A stretch of 48,327 nt of DNA, from assembly GCA_019683625.1 (NCBI GenBank), contig JADGHY010000001.1:1-48327 (forward strand), written 5' to 3'. Position numbers and translations under genes: made by a program. Source of the DNA: Thermoflavifilum sp. Lineage in GTDB: Bacteria; Bacteroidota; Bacteroidia; Chitinophagales; Chitinophagaceae. The notes beneath the pieces were generated by a model. That model had not been told where the DNA came from. It made no database searches and was given only the letters and a program-made list of their open reading frames with translations. Positions 40,055-48,327 of the stretch are shown piece by piece (the first letter of the stretch is position 1; each line of letters starts with the position of its first letter).

Positions 40055-41137
40055 ATGCGCGGTTGCAAGGCCTCCATGCTGCTTTTTATCCTTTGCTGGA
40101 AAATGACCAGCGGCCAGGTAGCAGTATCCTGGCCTGTATTGCCTTTTCAGAAGCAAGATGCCGTAAATCCCATCCTGAAGCCCGACCCATCAAAGTCATG
40201 GATAGACCCCATCAGCGGACAACCCGTGCAATGGATGGCCCATAACGTGTTGAATCCGGCGGCTGTGGTCAGCAACGGACAAATATGGCTGCTCTTCCGT
40301 GCCCAGGATAGCTCAACCCTGGCCCCTACCGGCACTTCCCGCATTGGGCTGGCCTCGTCTGCCGATGGGCTGCATTTTCATATTCATCCGGCACCGGTGC
40401 TGTTCCCCGCCCATGACGCCCAACAAGCTTATGAGTGGCCGGGAGGCGTGGAAGATCCACGGGTGGTACAAAGCCACGACGGCCGCTATGTGATGACCTA
40501 CACGGCTTATGACGGCCATCTGGCCAGGCTTTGCATCGCTTCATCCCACGATCTGCAACATTGGCAAAAGCATGGCCTGGCATTCCCCGATCAGCCCCAT
40601 CGCTGGTCAAAATCGGGTGCCATACTCACCGAACTGAGCAACGGAAAACTGGTAGCCAAGCGCATCCGGGGTAAATACTGGATGTATTGGGGCGATACCC
40701 ACATTTTCATTGCTACCTCTACCGACCTGATCCATTGGCATATCCTCCGGGATAGCAGCGGCAAACCCATTTCACTGATGGGACCCAGACCTCATCGGTT
40801 CGACAGCCGTCTGGTAGAGCCAGGCCCGCCTCCGGTGTGGACCCCCCAGGGCATCTGGTTCATCTACAACGGCATGAACGCCTCCGATAGCCTGCGCTAT
40901 CCACCTCTCCCCCCTGATGCCTATGGCGTCGGACAAGCCTGGATTGATCCCAACGACCCTACTCATGTCCTTAAACGGTTATCGGCCCCCTTCCTCATAC
41001 CCAAAAAAAACTATGAACAGGAAGGACAAGTGAACCAGGTATGTTTTGCCGAAGGGCTGGTTTGGTTTTCAGGAAAATGGTATCTCTACTACGGCACGGC
41101 CGACTCGCGCATAGCTGTGGCCATTCATTCTCCCTGA
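40055..41137 (+). CDS. GH130 family protein with probable signal peptide (beta-mannosidase/phosphorylase family)
   Basis: VLNPAA, TSRIGLA, GGVEDPR, YTAYDG, WSKSG, VEPGP, VCFAEG and YYGTAD motifs; start moved to 40055 or the next Met. Confidence 0.87.
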   Translation: MRGCKASMLLFILCWKMTSGQVAVSWPVLPFQKQDAVNPILKPDPSKSWIDPISGQPVQWMAHNVLNPAAVVSNGQIWLLFRAQDSSTLAPTGTSRIGLASSADGLHFHIHPAPVLFPAHDAQQAYEWPGGVEDPRVVQSHDGRYVMTYTAYDGHLARLCIASSHDLQHWQKHGLAFPDQPHRWSKSGAILTELSNGKLVAKRIRGKYWMYWGDTHIFIATSTDLIHWHILRDSSGKPISLMGPRPHRFDSRLVEPGPPPVWTPQGIWFIYNGMNASDSLRYPPLPPDAYGVGQAWIDPNDPTHVLKRLSAPFLIPKKNYEQEGQVNQVCFAEGLVWFSGKWYLYYGTADSRIAVAIHSP

Positions 41138-42972
41138 AGGGATGCAGCAGAAGCTTCGGGGTGAAACCAGTTCCATATTAATCTGGCCCGGGAGGGGCCC
41201 ACTTCCTGCTGCAGCTCTGCTTCACTCAGCTCCCGGATCCGCCGTACAGAGCGATACTTCAACAACAATTGGTCGGCCGTCCGCTTGCCAATGCCCGGGA
41301 TAGCCTCCAGTTCATTTTTGAATGTGCCCTTGCTGCGCATCTGCCTATGAAAACGAATGCCAAACCGGTGCACCTCATCGCGAATATGCCGGATCAGCCG
41401 CAGGCTTTCGCTGCGATAAGGCAGCTTTACGCTTTCCCGATCTCCCGGGAAAAAGATTTCCTCTTCCTGCTTGGCCAGGCCAATGACGGTGAGCTTGCCC
41501 CGAAGATCCAATGCTTCCAGGCTCTCCAGCGCCGCATTAAGCTGGCCCTTGCCTCCATCGATAATCACCAGCTGGGGCAATGGCTTTGCTTCTTCAAGCA
41601 AACGCTTGTAGCGCCTGTACACGATTTCTCGCATCGAGGCAAAATCATCGATACCCTGCACTGTCTTTACATGAAAATGACGGTAGTCTTGCTTGCTGGG
41701 CCTGCCATCCTTGAATACCACACAGGCTGCCACGGGAAAACTTCCCTGAAAATTAGAATTATCAAAGCATTCAATGTGGCGGGGTAATTCGGGCAATTGC
41801 AAATCTTCCTGCAGTTGCCGCAATACTTCTAGCTCATGCCCTTCCTCGTTGCGGTCTAGCAACAATCGCTTTTTTTGTTCCTGCTCTTCCCGATAAAAAT
41901 GCGCATTTTTCAACGAAAGCTCCAGCAACTTCTTTTTATCACCCGACCGGGGCACCGTGACCTTCACCTCCGGATCGGGATAGGCAACTGCAAAGGGGAC
42001 AATGATTTCCAGTGCCTGGCTGCGGAAGGTTTCCCGCAAATGCACAATAGCCCGCACCAGCATGTCGGCCTTGTCTTCTTCCTCTACTTTGGGTTCCACC
42101 ATCAGGCTTTTGCTGTCCATGACCAAGCCCCTGAGCACCCTTAGGTAATTCACATACCATACCCGCCTGCCGGGCTGCCCGTCTTCAGCCACCGAAAACA
42201 CATCCACGTCACCGACACGAGGATTCACGATAGCAGATCTTGCCTGATAAGCCTGCAAATCTTCAATCTTCTTTTTCCAAATTTCAGCTTGCTCAAATTC
42301 CAACCGGGCCGCACAAGCCTGCATCTGCACTTTAAATTCGGCGATCACCGGCGCCAGGTTACCCCGCAAAATTTCTTTGACCTGGCGAATGCCCTGCATA
42401 TAATCCTCTTCCGTCTGCAGCCCTTCACAGGGTCCCTTGCAGTTGCCCAGATGATATTCCAGGCATACCTTGAACTTTTTCTTTTCAATATTCTGGCGCG
42501 TGAGATGCAGGGAACAAGTGCGCAATTGCACGACCGACCGGATGAAATTCAGCAACTCCCGTACCTTTCCAACCGAGGTAAAAGGCCCCAGGTAGGTTGA
42601 TCCATCATCCAGTTTCCGTCGGGTAAGAAAAACACGGGGAAAAGGTTCATTTTTAATGACGATATACGGATAAGATTTGTCGTCCTTCAGGTTAATGTTA
42701 AAACGCGGCTGAAATTCTTTAATCAAATTATTTTCCAGTAAAAAAGCATCCTGTTCGGAATTGACTACTGTCCATTCAATGCGCTGAATGAGCGAAACGA
42801 GCCTGCGTGTTTTATAAGCCGTTACCTGACGGGAAAAATAGGAACTGATGCGTTTGTGCAAATCCTTTGCCTTACCCACGTAAAGCAGTTCATCGTTTGC
42901 CCCATAGTAACGATACACTCCCGGCTGGTGGGGAATGGTAGGCAAAATCTGCTTGAACGCTTCTGGCTTCAC
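41125..42972 (-). CDS. uvrC: Excinuclease ABC subunit C
   Basis: GIY-YIG domain (PGVYRY...YVGKAKDL), IECFDNS, DDFASM, IDGGKGQL, RDEVHRF and HhH GIGKR motifs. Confidence 0.97.
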   Translation of the reverse strand: MKPEAFKQILPTIPHQPGVYRYYGANDELLYVGKAKDLHKRISSYFSRQVTAYKTRRLVSLIQRIEWTVVNSEQDAFLLENNLIKEFQPRFNINLKDDKSYPYIVIKNEPFPRVFLTRRKLDDGSTYLGPFTSVGKVRELLNFIRSVVQLRTCSLHLTRQNIEKKKFKVCLEYHLGNCKGPCEGLQTEEDYMQGIRQVKEILRGNLAPVIAEFKVQMQACAARLEFEQAEIWKKKIEDLQAYQARSAIVNPRVGDVDVFSVAEDGQPGRRVWYVNYLRVLRGLVMDSKSLMVEPKVEEEDKADMLVRAIVHLRETFRSQALEIIVPFAVAYPDPEVKVTVPRSGDKKKLLELSLKNAHFYREEQEQKKRLLLDRNEEGHELEVLRQLQEDLQLPELPRHIECFDNSNFQGSFPVAACVVFKDGRPSKQDYRHFHVKTVQGIDDFASMREIVYRRYKRLLEEAKPLPQLVIIDGGKGQLNAALESLEALDLRGKLTVIGLAKQEEEIFFPGDRESVKLPYRSESLRLIRHIRDEVHRFGIRFHRQMRSKGTFKNELEAIPGIGKRTADQLLLKYRSVRRIRELSEAELQQEVGPSRARLIWNWFHPEASAASLQGE

Positions 42973-43004
42973 CGCTTCACAGATTTACATAAACTTTCCG
43001 GAAT

Positions 43005-43592
43005 TCAGGCCTGCGGCGCAAAGAAAACCCTTACGTATATGCGCCGGGGAGCAAATAATTGCATGTGTTCATAAGTAATCATCTCCACACTTTTGCCCGC
43101 CTGATAGAGCAATTGTTTGGAAGTATGATAGAGAAAATTATCGGTCATGCTCTTCACATAAATGCTGTGAATCGTATGGCTGGGATTCACCTGCAAATAA
43201 ATCTGATAGGGCTTGGTCTGGGCTCCCTGCGAAGTGTAGATAATGGTGATTTTCCCGGTCAGGCTATCTGCAAAACTCTCAATCCGATACATACCCCTGA
43301 ATGCCGGCCGATCGATGTCCAATGCCATGAAAGGTTGAAAAACCGCCAACAGATTCTCCCGGGTTAACGGCATCCACACCGTGTCGGTATGTTGATTCAT
43401 ACTGACCACCTTCATCAGAGACAGATGGCTGCTATCCTGCAGGAAGCTATCAATCTGCTCGCTGAAATATTTTTTCAGGCTAAAATATTCCTGCTCCGTC
43501 CCCTCCTGGATGTTGCCGGCTTGACGCGTCCGGCAACCCAAAAGTCCTATCAAAACCATCAAACAGCAAACCTTGAACAGGTCTTTCATCAT
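43005..43592 (-). CDS. Hypothetical lipoprotein
   Basis: 195-aa ORF with lipobox LLGC; has its own TAATTTTG -7 box at 43597-43604. Confidence 0.7.
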   Translation of the reverse strand: MMKDLFKVCCLMVLIGLLGCRTRQAGNIQEGTEQEYFSLKKYFSEQIDSFLQDSSHLSLMKVVSMNQHTDTVWMPLTRENLLAVFQPFMALDIDRPAFRGMYRIESFADSLTGKITIIYTSQGAQTKPYQIYLQVNPSHTIHSIYVKSMTDNFLYHTSKQLLYQAGKSVEMITYEHMQLFAPRRIYVRVFFAPQA

Positions 43593-43617
43593 CCAACAAA
43601 ATTAGGGATTGGTGCCT

Positions 43618-43646
43618 AAAAAATAAGCCGGTGTGAACACACCGGC
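43618..43646 (-). terminator. Rho-independent terminator
   Basis: Minus strand GCCGGTGT-GTTC-ACACCGGC-TTATTTTTT. Confidence 0.85.
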
Positions 43647-43731
43647 CGCACGCAGATAACAGTAATTAAACCTACAAAGTAAAGCCTGCGGAAAAAATGT
43701 TTGACACCACCATGTACGATGCAATGAAATC
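43618..43731 (-). ncRNA. Candidate ECF-sigma-dependent small RNA (~115 nt; 5' end approximate)
   Basis: Bounded by an ECF-type promoter (43738-43767) and a terminator (43618-43646); contains only a 13-codon ORF. Confidence 0.55.
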
Positions 43732-43737
43732 TATATA

Positions 43738-43767
43738 TAAGAGCCTAAAAGCCGGGCAAACGTTGCA
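43738..43767 (-). promoter_or_regulatory. ECF-type promoter, copy 2
   Basis: TGCAACGTTT-N14-CTCTTA, with the same geometry as 45742-45771. Confidence 0.7.
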
Positions 43768-43799
43768 TCCCTTGGCAAAAAAAATTTAGGAATTGGCTA

Positions 43800-45143
43800 T
43801 CAAGGGATTACACCAATCTTCCAGGATACCAGATAAAGATTTTCCTTTAAATGAGGCTGATGGCGATAGGCATTGAGCAATTGATAATGCAGATCGGGCC
43901 CCATGAATAGCTGCCCTCTGCCCACGGGCACAATGAAGCTACCTGAAAGCAAGGCACTCAGATTCCACCTGCGCAATTGCTGATCATCGGCTACATAGCG
44001 CTGATAAGCCGGCACATACACATACTGTTGCTGGTGCAAAACCACATCCAATCCCGCTCCGCCGGTGATTTGCCACTGAATGTTCCGGAACAATCTGCTC
44101 CGGTAGCCCATAAAGACGGGCAATTCCACATTCACCTGCTGATTGACAAGCGTGGTATATTGATCAGGAGCCAGCAAGGCATTGGGATTATAGGCGCCAT
44201 ACACGGTAGAAAGTTGCGCCGGGGTGCCACTGGTTGTGGTCATGGGATTCGCATTGCGGGTATAGGCAGCTCCAGACAGATTCACGGCCTGAATATGGTA
44301 TTGAAAAGCCAAAAGCTGTACGCCTGAGCCTATCACCATCTCGCGGCGCAAAGTGGTCTGTACTTCCACACTGGCCAGATAGGAAAAAGCAGGATCATGA
44401 CCAAGGGCCGATGAAGGAATATAATTGTTGGCTGGCCTTCTCATAAAACTTTGGGCTACCGAAGGTGAAGCAGCCCCTTGTTGGACGAGTTGCCTGTAGC
44501 CCACACCTGGCGCAAAGGCGATATGAAAACTCAGAGGAGTGGCAGATGGGGCGGTGTCTTTTTGCCGAACAGGAAGCCCCCATCCCGGGGGAAGTTGCAA
44601 CACAGCACGTGGATGACGAAGCTGCTCAGGGTAAGGCGATAGGCTTATGCCAGCCAGTGAAGGCCAGGAGGCCTGGGCTAAAAGTGCAGGTTTTTGCTTC
44701 ACTGCAGGCTTCTGAACCGTTGAAGTAACAGAAACATTCCATTGGGAAGAAGCCTTGCCAGATTGGTGCAAAGGCTGGGATTGCCGGTGATGATGCTGCG
44801 GTATTGAAGCAGATAAATGGGTTTGCGGAGGTACTGTTTTACCGGAAGAAGAGGAGGCAGAAGAGGCAGACTTGCTTCCAGCTAAAGACGGATGGGTTAT
44901 TACCTCATTCGGTGCTAGCCTCCCGGCCGGAGAGCGATGCATCATCCACCAGGTGGCGCTGCCAGCCCCGAGTATCAGCAGCCAGGTGGCAGCTATGGCC
45001 CACCCTTTCCTACGCCGCCTGCGTTTTAATCCCTGCTCGATCCTTTGCCAGCTGTCTTCGGCCGGCTCCAGCTCAAATGCATTTGCGGCCTGCCGGATAC
45101 GTCTCAGCCATTCCTCTTCATGCAATTCTTCCTCACTGTTCAT
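43800..45143 (-). CDS. Putative dual-membrane-spanning anti-sigma factor (N-terminal anti-sigma region, TM helix, disordered linker, C-terminal beta-barrel)
   Basis: Overlaps the sigma stop (ATGA); EPAEDSWQRIEQGL, RRRRK plus TM helix, Ser/Pro/Gln-rich linker, then alternating amphipathic beta-strands to the C-terminus. Confidence 0.75.
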   Translation of the reverse strand: MNSEEELHEEEWLRRIRQAANAFELEPAEDSWQRIEQGLKRRRRRKGWAIAATWLLILGAGSATWWMMHRSPAGRLAPNEVITHPSLAGSKSASSASSSSGKTVPPQTHLSASIPQHHHRQSQPLHQSGKASSQWNVSVTSTVQKPAVKQKPALLAQASWPSLAGISLSPYPEQLRHPRAVLQLPPGWGLPVRQKDTAPSATPLSFHIAFAPGVGYRQLVQQGAASPSVAQSFMRRPANNYIPSSALGHDPAFSYLASVEVQTTLRREMVIGSGVQLLAFQYHIQAVNLSGAAYTRNANPMTTTSGTPAQLSTVYGAYNPNALLAPDQYTTLVNQQVNVELPVFMGYRSRLFRNIQWQITGGAGLDVVLHQQQYVYVPAYQRYVADDQQLRRWNLSALLSGSFIVPVGRGQLFMGPDLHYQLLNAYRHQPHLKENLYLVSWKIGVIP

Positions 45144-45724
45144 AAGCCGTGTAGTTTTTTATTCAATCGGATATTTTTATCTGCCTGACCTTCCGAAAGC
45201 CGGGCTTGCAGCCAGGCTCGCGCCCGCGCAAATTGTGAGCGGGAAGTGCCTTCATCTATGCCTAACAGCGCTGCAATCTCCCGGTGAGCATACCCTTCTA
45301 TGACATGCAGGTTGAAAATCGTCCGGTACCCCTTCGGCATCTGCAAGATCAGCTGAATCAATTCCCGCTCTTCAGCTGACGCCTGACTGGGCAATATGTT
45401 TACTGCTTCCGACTCCTCTTTTCTGTCTTCCAGCCAAATCCATTTCCGGCGACGGGTGAAGTTCACCGCAACCCTTACCATGATCTTACGAATCCAGCCC
45501 TCCAAAGGACCTGCAAAACGAAATTGGTGCAGATGCAAAAACACACTGATAAAGCCTTCCTGCATCACTTCTTCTGCATCCACCCTGTTGCCCACATAAC
45601 GCATGCATAAGCCCAGCATGCGCGGTGCAAACCGCTCATAAAGGGCCTTTTGCGCCTCCCTACGGCCTGCTAAACAGGCCTGTACCAGCGCTCGATCATC
45701 CTGATATTCCAGCTGTTCACCCAA
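45140..45724 (-). CDS. ECF sigma-70 factor
   Basis: AQKALYERF, DAEEVMQEGF, EGWIRKIMV and MPKGYRTIFNL...HREIA...GTSRSQ motifs; TTG start. Confidence 0.93.
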   Translation of the reverse strand: MGEQLEYQDDRALVQACLAGRREAQKALYERFAPRMLGLCMRYVGNRVDAEEVMQEGFISVFLHLHQFRFAGPLEGWIRKIMVRVAVNFTRRRKWIWLEDRKEESEAVNILPSQASAEERELIQLILQMPKGYRTIFNLHVIEGYAHREIAALLGIDEGTSRSQFARARAWLQARLSEGQADKNIRLNKKLHGL

Positions 45725-45741
45725 TGGTTTTGGCTATTGTG

Positions 45742-45771
45742 TAAGACAAATTACAATTTTAAAACGTTGCA
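45742..45771 (-). promoter_or_regulatory. ECF-type (putative autoregulatory) promoter, copy 1
   Basis: TGCAACGTTT-N14-GTCTTA, ending 17 nt upstream of the sigma start codon. Confidence 0.72.
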
Positions 45772-45921
45772 CCTCCGTCTCAAAAACCTGGTTAAATTTT
45801 CCTCAGATGGATATTCCCACCCCCTCCTTATCCCGAAAGACAGCGACAGGTCGCCAATTGGCATGTTTTTAGCTACATATCATATGGTTTTTTCTGACTT
45901 TTGCGTTAAACGTCATCATCC

Positions 45922-46320
45922 ATGAAATATTTGCTACACCTGAGCTTCTGGATCCTACCCCTGTGGATCACCGCCTGGCAAATGAAGCCTGCAACAGATC
46001 CTTTCGATGAGGTAGTAAAGGCCTTAAGAGCCGGAAATGCTACCGAACTAAGCCGGTATTTCGATAACATGATCCAAATCACCTTACTCGATCAGTCAAG
46101 TTCCTATAGCAAAGCCCAGGCCACCATGATCCTGAAAGATTTTTTTTCGAAAAACCCCGTCAAATCTTTTCAGCTGATCCATGAGGGCGGACAAGATTCC
46201 CGTTTTGGAATTGGAAAAATGATAACGGCCAACGGCACCTACCGGATAACTTTCTTCCTTCGGCAACATGGGCCCGATCAATATGTACTTCAGGAAATTC
46301 GCTTTGAGACACAATCCTGA
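45922..46320 (+). CDS. DUF4783 family secreted protein
   Basis: Signal peptide; ALRAGNATELSRYFD and YSKAQATMILKDFF pattern recognised from the family. Confidence 0.8.
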   Translation: MKYLLHLSFWILPLWITAWQMKPATDPFDEVVKALRAGNATELSRYFDNMIQITLLDQSSSYSKAQATMILKDFFSKNPVKSFQLIHEGGQDSRFGIGKMITANGTYRITFFLRQHGPDQYVLQEIRFETQS

Positions 46321-46414
46321 AACATCCTCCTTTGCAGGAAGCAGTCTTTAAAAAAAACCATGCTATCCTGGCTTTTTTAGATAGCCCAGAAATGTCTTTT
46401 CTTTGTGCATGTGT

Positions 46415-47302
46415 ATGGAAAATGAGCTTTCCTCAAGCAGGCAAGCAGCTTATGAAGTGCGCCTGAAGCATTTTATTCAAGAGGCCTTGGCCGAAGACAT
46501 TGGCGATGGTGACCACAGCACCTTATGTTGCATTGCTGCGGGCCAGCAAGGGGCTGCTTTGCTGGTTGCCCAATCATCAGGTATTCTGGCTGGGGTACAC
46601 GTGGCACAAGCCATCTTTCGCTGGCTTGACCCTCATTGCCAGATGGAAATCTTTAAGCACGATGGCGACAGCATACGGCCCGGAGATCCCGTTTTACAAA
46701 TAGCGGGCAGCCTGCGGACAATCCTTTCGGCCGAACGCTTGGTGTTAAACTGCATGCAGCGGATGAGCGGCATTGCCACCCTAACCCGAAAATATGTGGA
46801 TCTCCTTGCCGGAAGCCATACACGTCTGTTAGATACCCGGAAAACCACACCCAATTTTCGTCTGCTGGAAAAAGAAGCCGTACGCATAGGCGGCGGCGTG
46901 AATCACCGCATGGGCCTGTACGACTACATCATGCTGAAAGACAACCACATTGATGCCTGTGGAAGCATCGGCGAAGCTATCCGCCGGGCAAAAGCTTATC
47001 TTCACCAACATCAGCTTTCGCTGCCCATAGAAGTGGAAACCCGTAACCTGGAAGATGTCCGGCAAGCCCTGAAGGCAGGAGGCATTCAACGCCTGCTGTT
47101 CGATCATTTCTCACCACAAGAGGTGAAGCAGGCCGTGGAAATGGTCAATGGAGCCTGTGAAACGGAAGCCTCCGGAAATATTGATCTGCACAACCTGAAG
47201 GCTTATGCAGCCACCGGGGTGGATTTCATTTCCGTGGGCGCACTCACGCACCAGGCTGTGAGCCTGGATATGCATCTGAAATACCTATCTTCAGCCCCCT
47301 AA
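46415..47302 (+). CDS. nadC: Carboxylating nicotinate-nucleotide diphosphorylase (quinolinate phosphoribosyltransferase)
   Basis: ALAEDIGDGD, AERLVLN, DTRKTTP, NHRMGLYD, LKDNH, EASG and SVGALTH motifs; start 46415 or 46409. Confidence 0.95.
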   Translation: MENELSSSRQAAYEVRLKHFIQEALAEDIGDGDHSTLCCIAAGQQGAALLVAQSSGILAGVHVAQAIFRWLDPHCQMEIFKHDGDSIRPGDPVLQIAGSLRTILSAERLVLNCMQRMSGIATLTRKYVDLLAGSHTRLLDTRKTTPNFRLLEKEAVRIGGGVNHRMGLYDYIMLKDNHIDACGSIGEAIRRAKAYLHQHQLSLPIEVETRNLEDVRQALKAGGIQRLLFDHFSPQEVKQAVEMVNGACETEASGNIDLHNLKAYAATGVDFISVGALTHQAVSLDMHLKYLSSAP

Positions 47303-47320
47303 TCCTTTATTTTGCACCCC

Positions 47321-48280
47321 ATGATGGTGGAAAATCCCCAAGAAGCTGCTGCTTCCCGCATCCGATTGATTGTCAACCCCCATGCCGGCCGTCATAAACA
47401 AAAATTATGGTTGCAAGATATTCGTGCCAGCCTGCATAAGTATCGGGTGGCATACGAAGTATGCTGGACAAATTATCCCGGCCATGGCAGGGAGCTGGCA
47501 GCCGATGCCATTGCCAATGGAATTGAATTCGTGGGCGTGGTAGGGGGCGATGGGTCGGTCAACGAAGTGGCAACTGCCTTCGCAGAAGCATCGGCAACAC
47601 CTCATCATACCAGATTGATCATTGTCCCCGCCGGAAGCGGAAACGGACTTGCCCGTGCCTTGGGCATCCCCCTCTCCCCCCGGAAAGCTATTGAATTGGT
47701 AAATAGTGCATATACCCGATGGATAGATGCCGGAATGGCCAACGGCAGATATTTTTTCAGCAATGCCGGCGTGGGATTCGATGCCCTTATCGCCCGTCGT
47801 TTTGCCGGTCATACGCTCCGGGGCATCATCACCTATTCCTGGCTTACCCTTGCAGCTTTCCAAAAATACAAGGCGAAAAAATATACCCTGTGCATCGACG
47901 GAACATGTTATCAGGAAAGAGCTTTCCTGATTGCCGCGGCCAATAGCAATCAATTTGGCTATGCTTTTAAAATTGCTCCACATGCCCTGCCCGATGATGG
48001 CTGGCTGGAAGTGTGTATCATAGGCCCGCTAAATTGGGCATCCCTGGCTAAACTGGCCGTACAAGCCCTGCGCGGAAATTTCGGATCTGGAGATACCAGG
48101 GTGAAATTTTACCGGGCCAAACAGCTTTCTATCCAACGCAAAAAGCCTATCAAATGGATGCAGGTCGATGGTGAGCCTGTTGATATCCGACAAAACGGAC
48201 GGGTGGAAATTAGCCTGCTTCCCCGGGTTGTGCCCGTGATGGTGCCCACACCTGTGCAAACCGTCCCGCCCCATTTTTGA
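47321..48280 (+). CDS. Diacylglycerol/lipid kinase family protein (YegS/BmrU)
   Basis: IVNPHAG, GGDGSVNEV, PAGSGNGLA, GVGFDA, DDGWLEV and QVDGE motifs. Confidence 0.92.
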   Translation: MMVENPQEAAASRIRLIVNPHAGRHKQKLWLQDIRASLHKYRVAYEVCWTNYPGHGRELAADAIANGIEFVGVVGGDGSVNEVATAFAEASATPHHTRLIIVPAGSGNGLARALGIPLSPRKAIELVNSAYTRWIDAGMANGRYFFSNAGVGFDALIARRFAGHTLRGIITYSWLTLAAFQKYKAKKYTLCIDGTCYQERAFLIAAANSNQFGYAFKIAPHALPDDGWLEVCIIGPLNWASLAKLAVQALRGNFGSGDTRVKFYRAKQLSIQRKKPIKWMQVDGEPVDIRQNGRVEISLLPRVVPVMVPTPVQTVPPHF

Positions 48281-48327
48281 GCGTGCTATTTTTAAGGCTG
48301 ACTGATTGTTTATCTTTAGAAATGAAT

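Noticed and set aside
43672-43713. 13-codon ORF MVVSNIFSAGFTL inside the candidate sRNA
   Set aside because: It is too short and featureless to call a CDS, although a dual-function RNA cannot be excluded.
47092-47110. NadC motif reads LLFDHF rather than the usual LLDNF
   Set aside because: The conserved Asp and all other motifs are retained, so this is likely a tolerated substitution.

Overview
Bacteroidota chromosomal segment, probably Chitinophagaceae (inferred from gene content and TAnnTTTG promoter boxes), with no rRNA, tRNA, CRISPR or transposase seen. It holds two polysaccharide utilisation loci (PULs) on the minus strand. PUL1 (1-12557) has an ECF sigma, FecR, STN-SusC, SusD, a LamG lipoprotein, two GH144 enzymes and a GH43-CBM32, and probably targets beta-1,2-glucan. 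PUL2 (21186-38550) has a hybrid two-component system (HTCS), a PA14-GH31 alpha-xylosidase, SusC/SusD, a surface glycan-binding protein (SGBP), an unassigned clan-A hydrolase and a GH9, and probably targets xyloglucan. Between and after them lie a protoglobin plus 4-Cys MarR pair, GH53, GH18, GH130 and housekeeping genes (gpsA, hemW, uvrC, nadC). The strongest unannotated signals are: (1) an ECF sigma and dual-membrane-spanning anti-sigma pair followed by a ~115-nt non-coding unit with its own terminator and a copy of the sigma's putative autoregulatory promoter, i.e. a candidate sigma-dependent sRNA; (2) the protoglobin-MarR module with a perfect operator palindrome; (3) four phased candidate HTCS boxes; (4) a 33-nt palindromic element apparently inserted in frame in the GH31 gene; (5) an antisense-oriented terminator in the susC leader.
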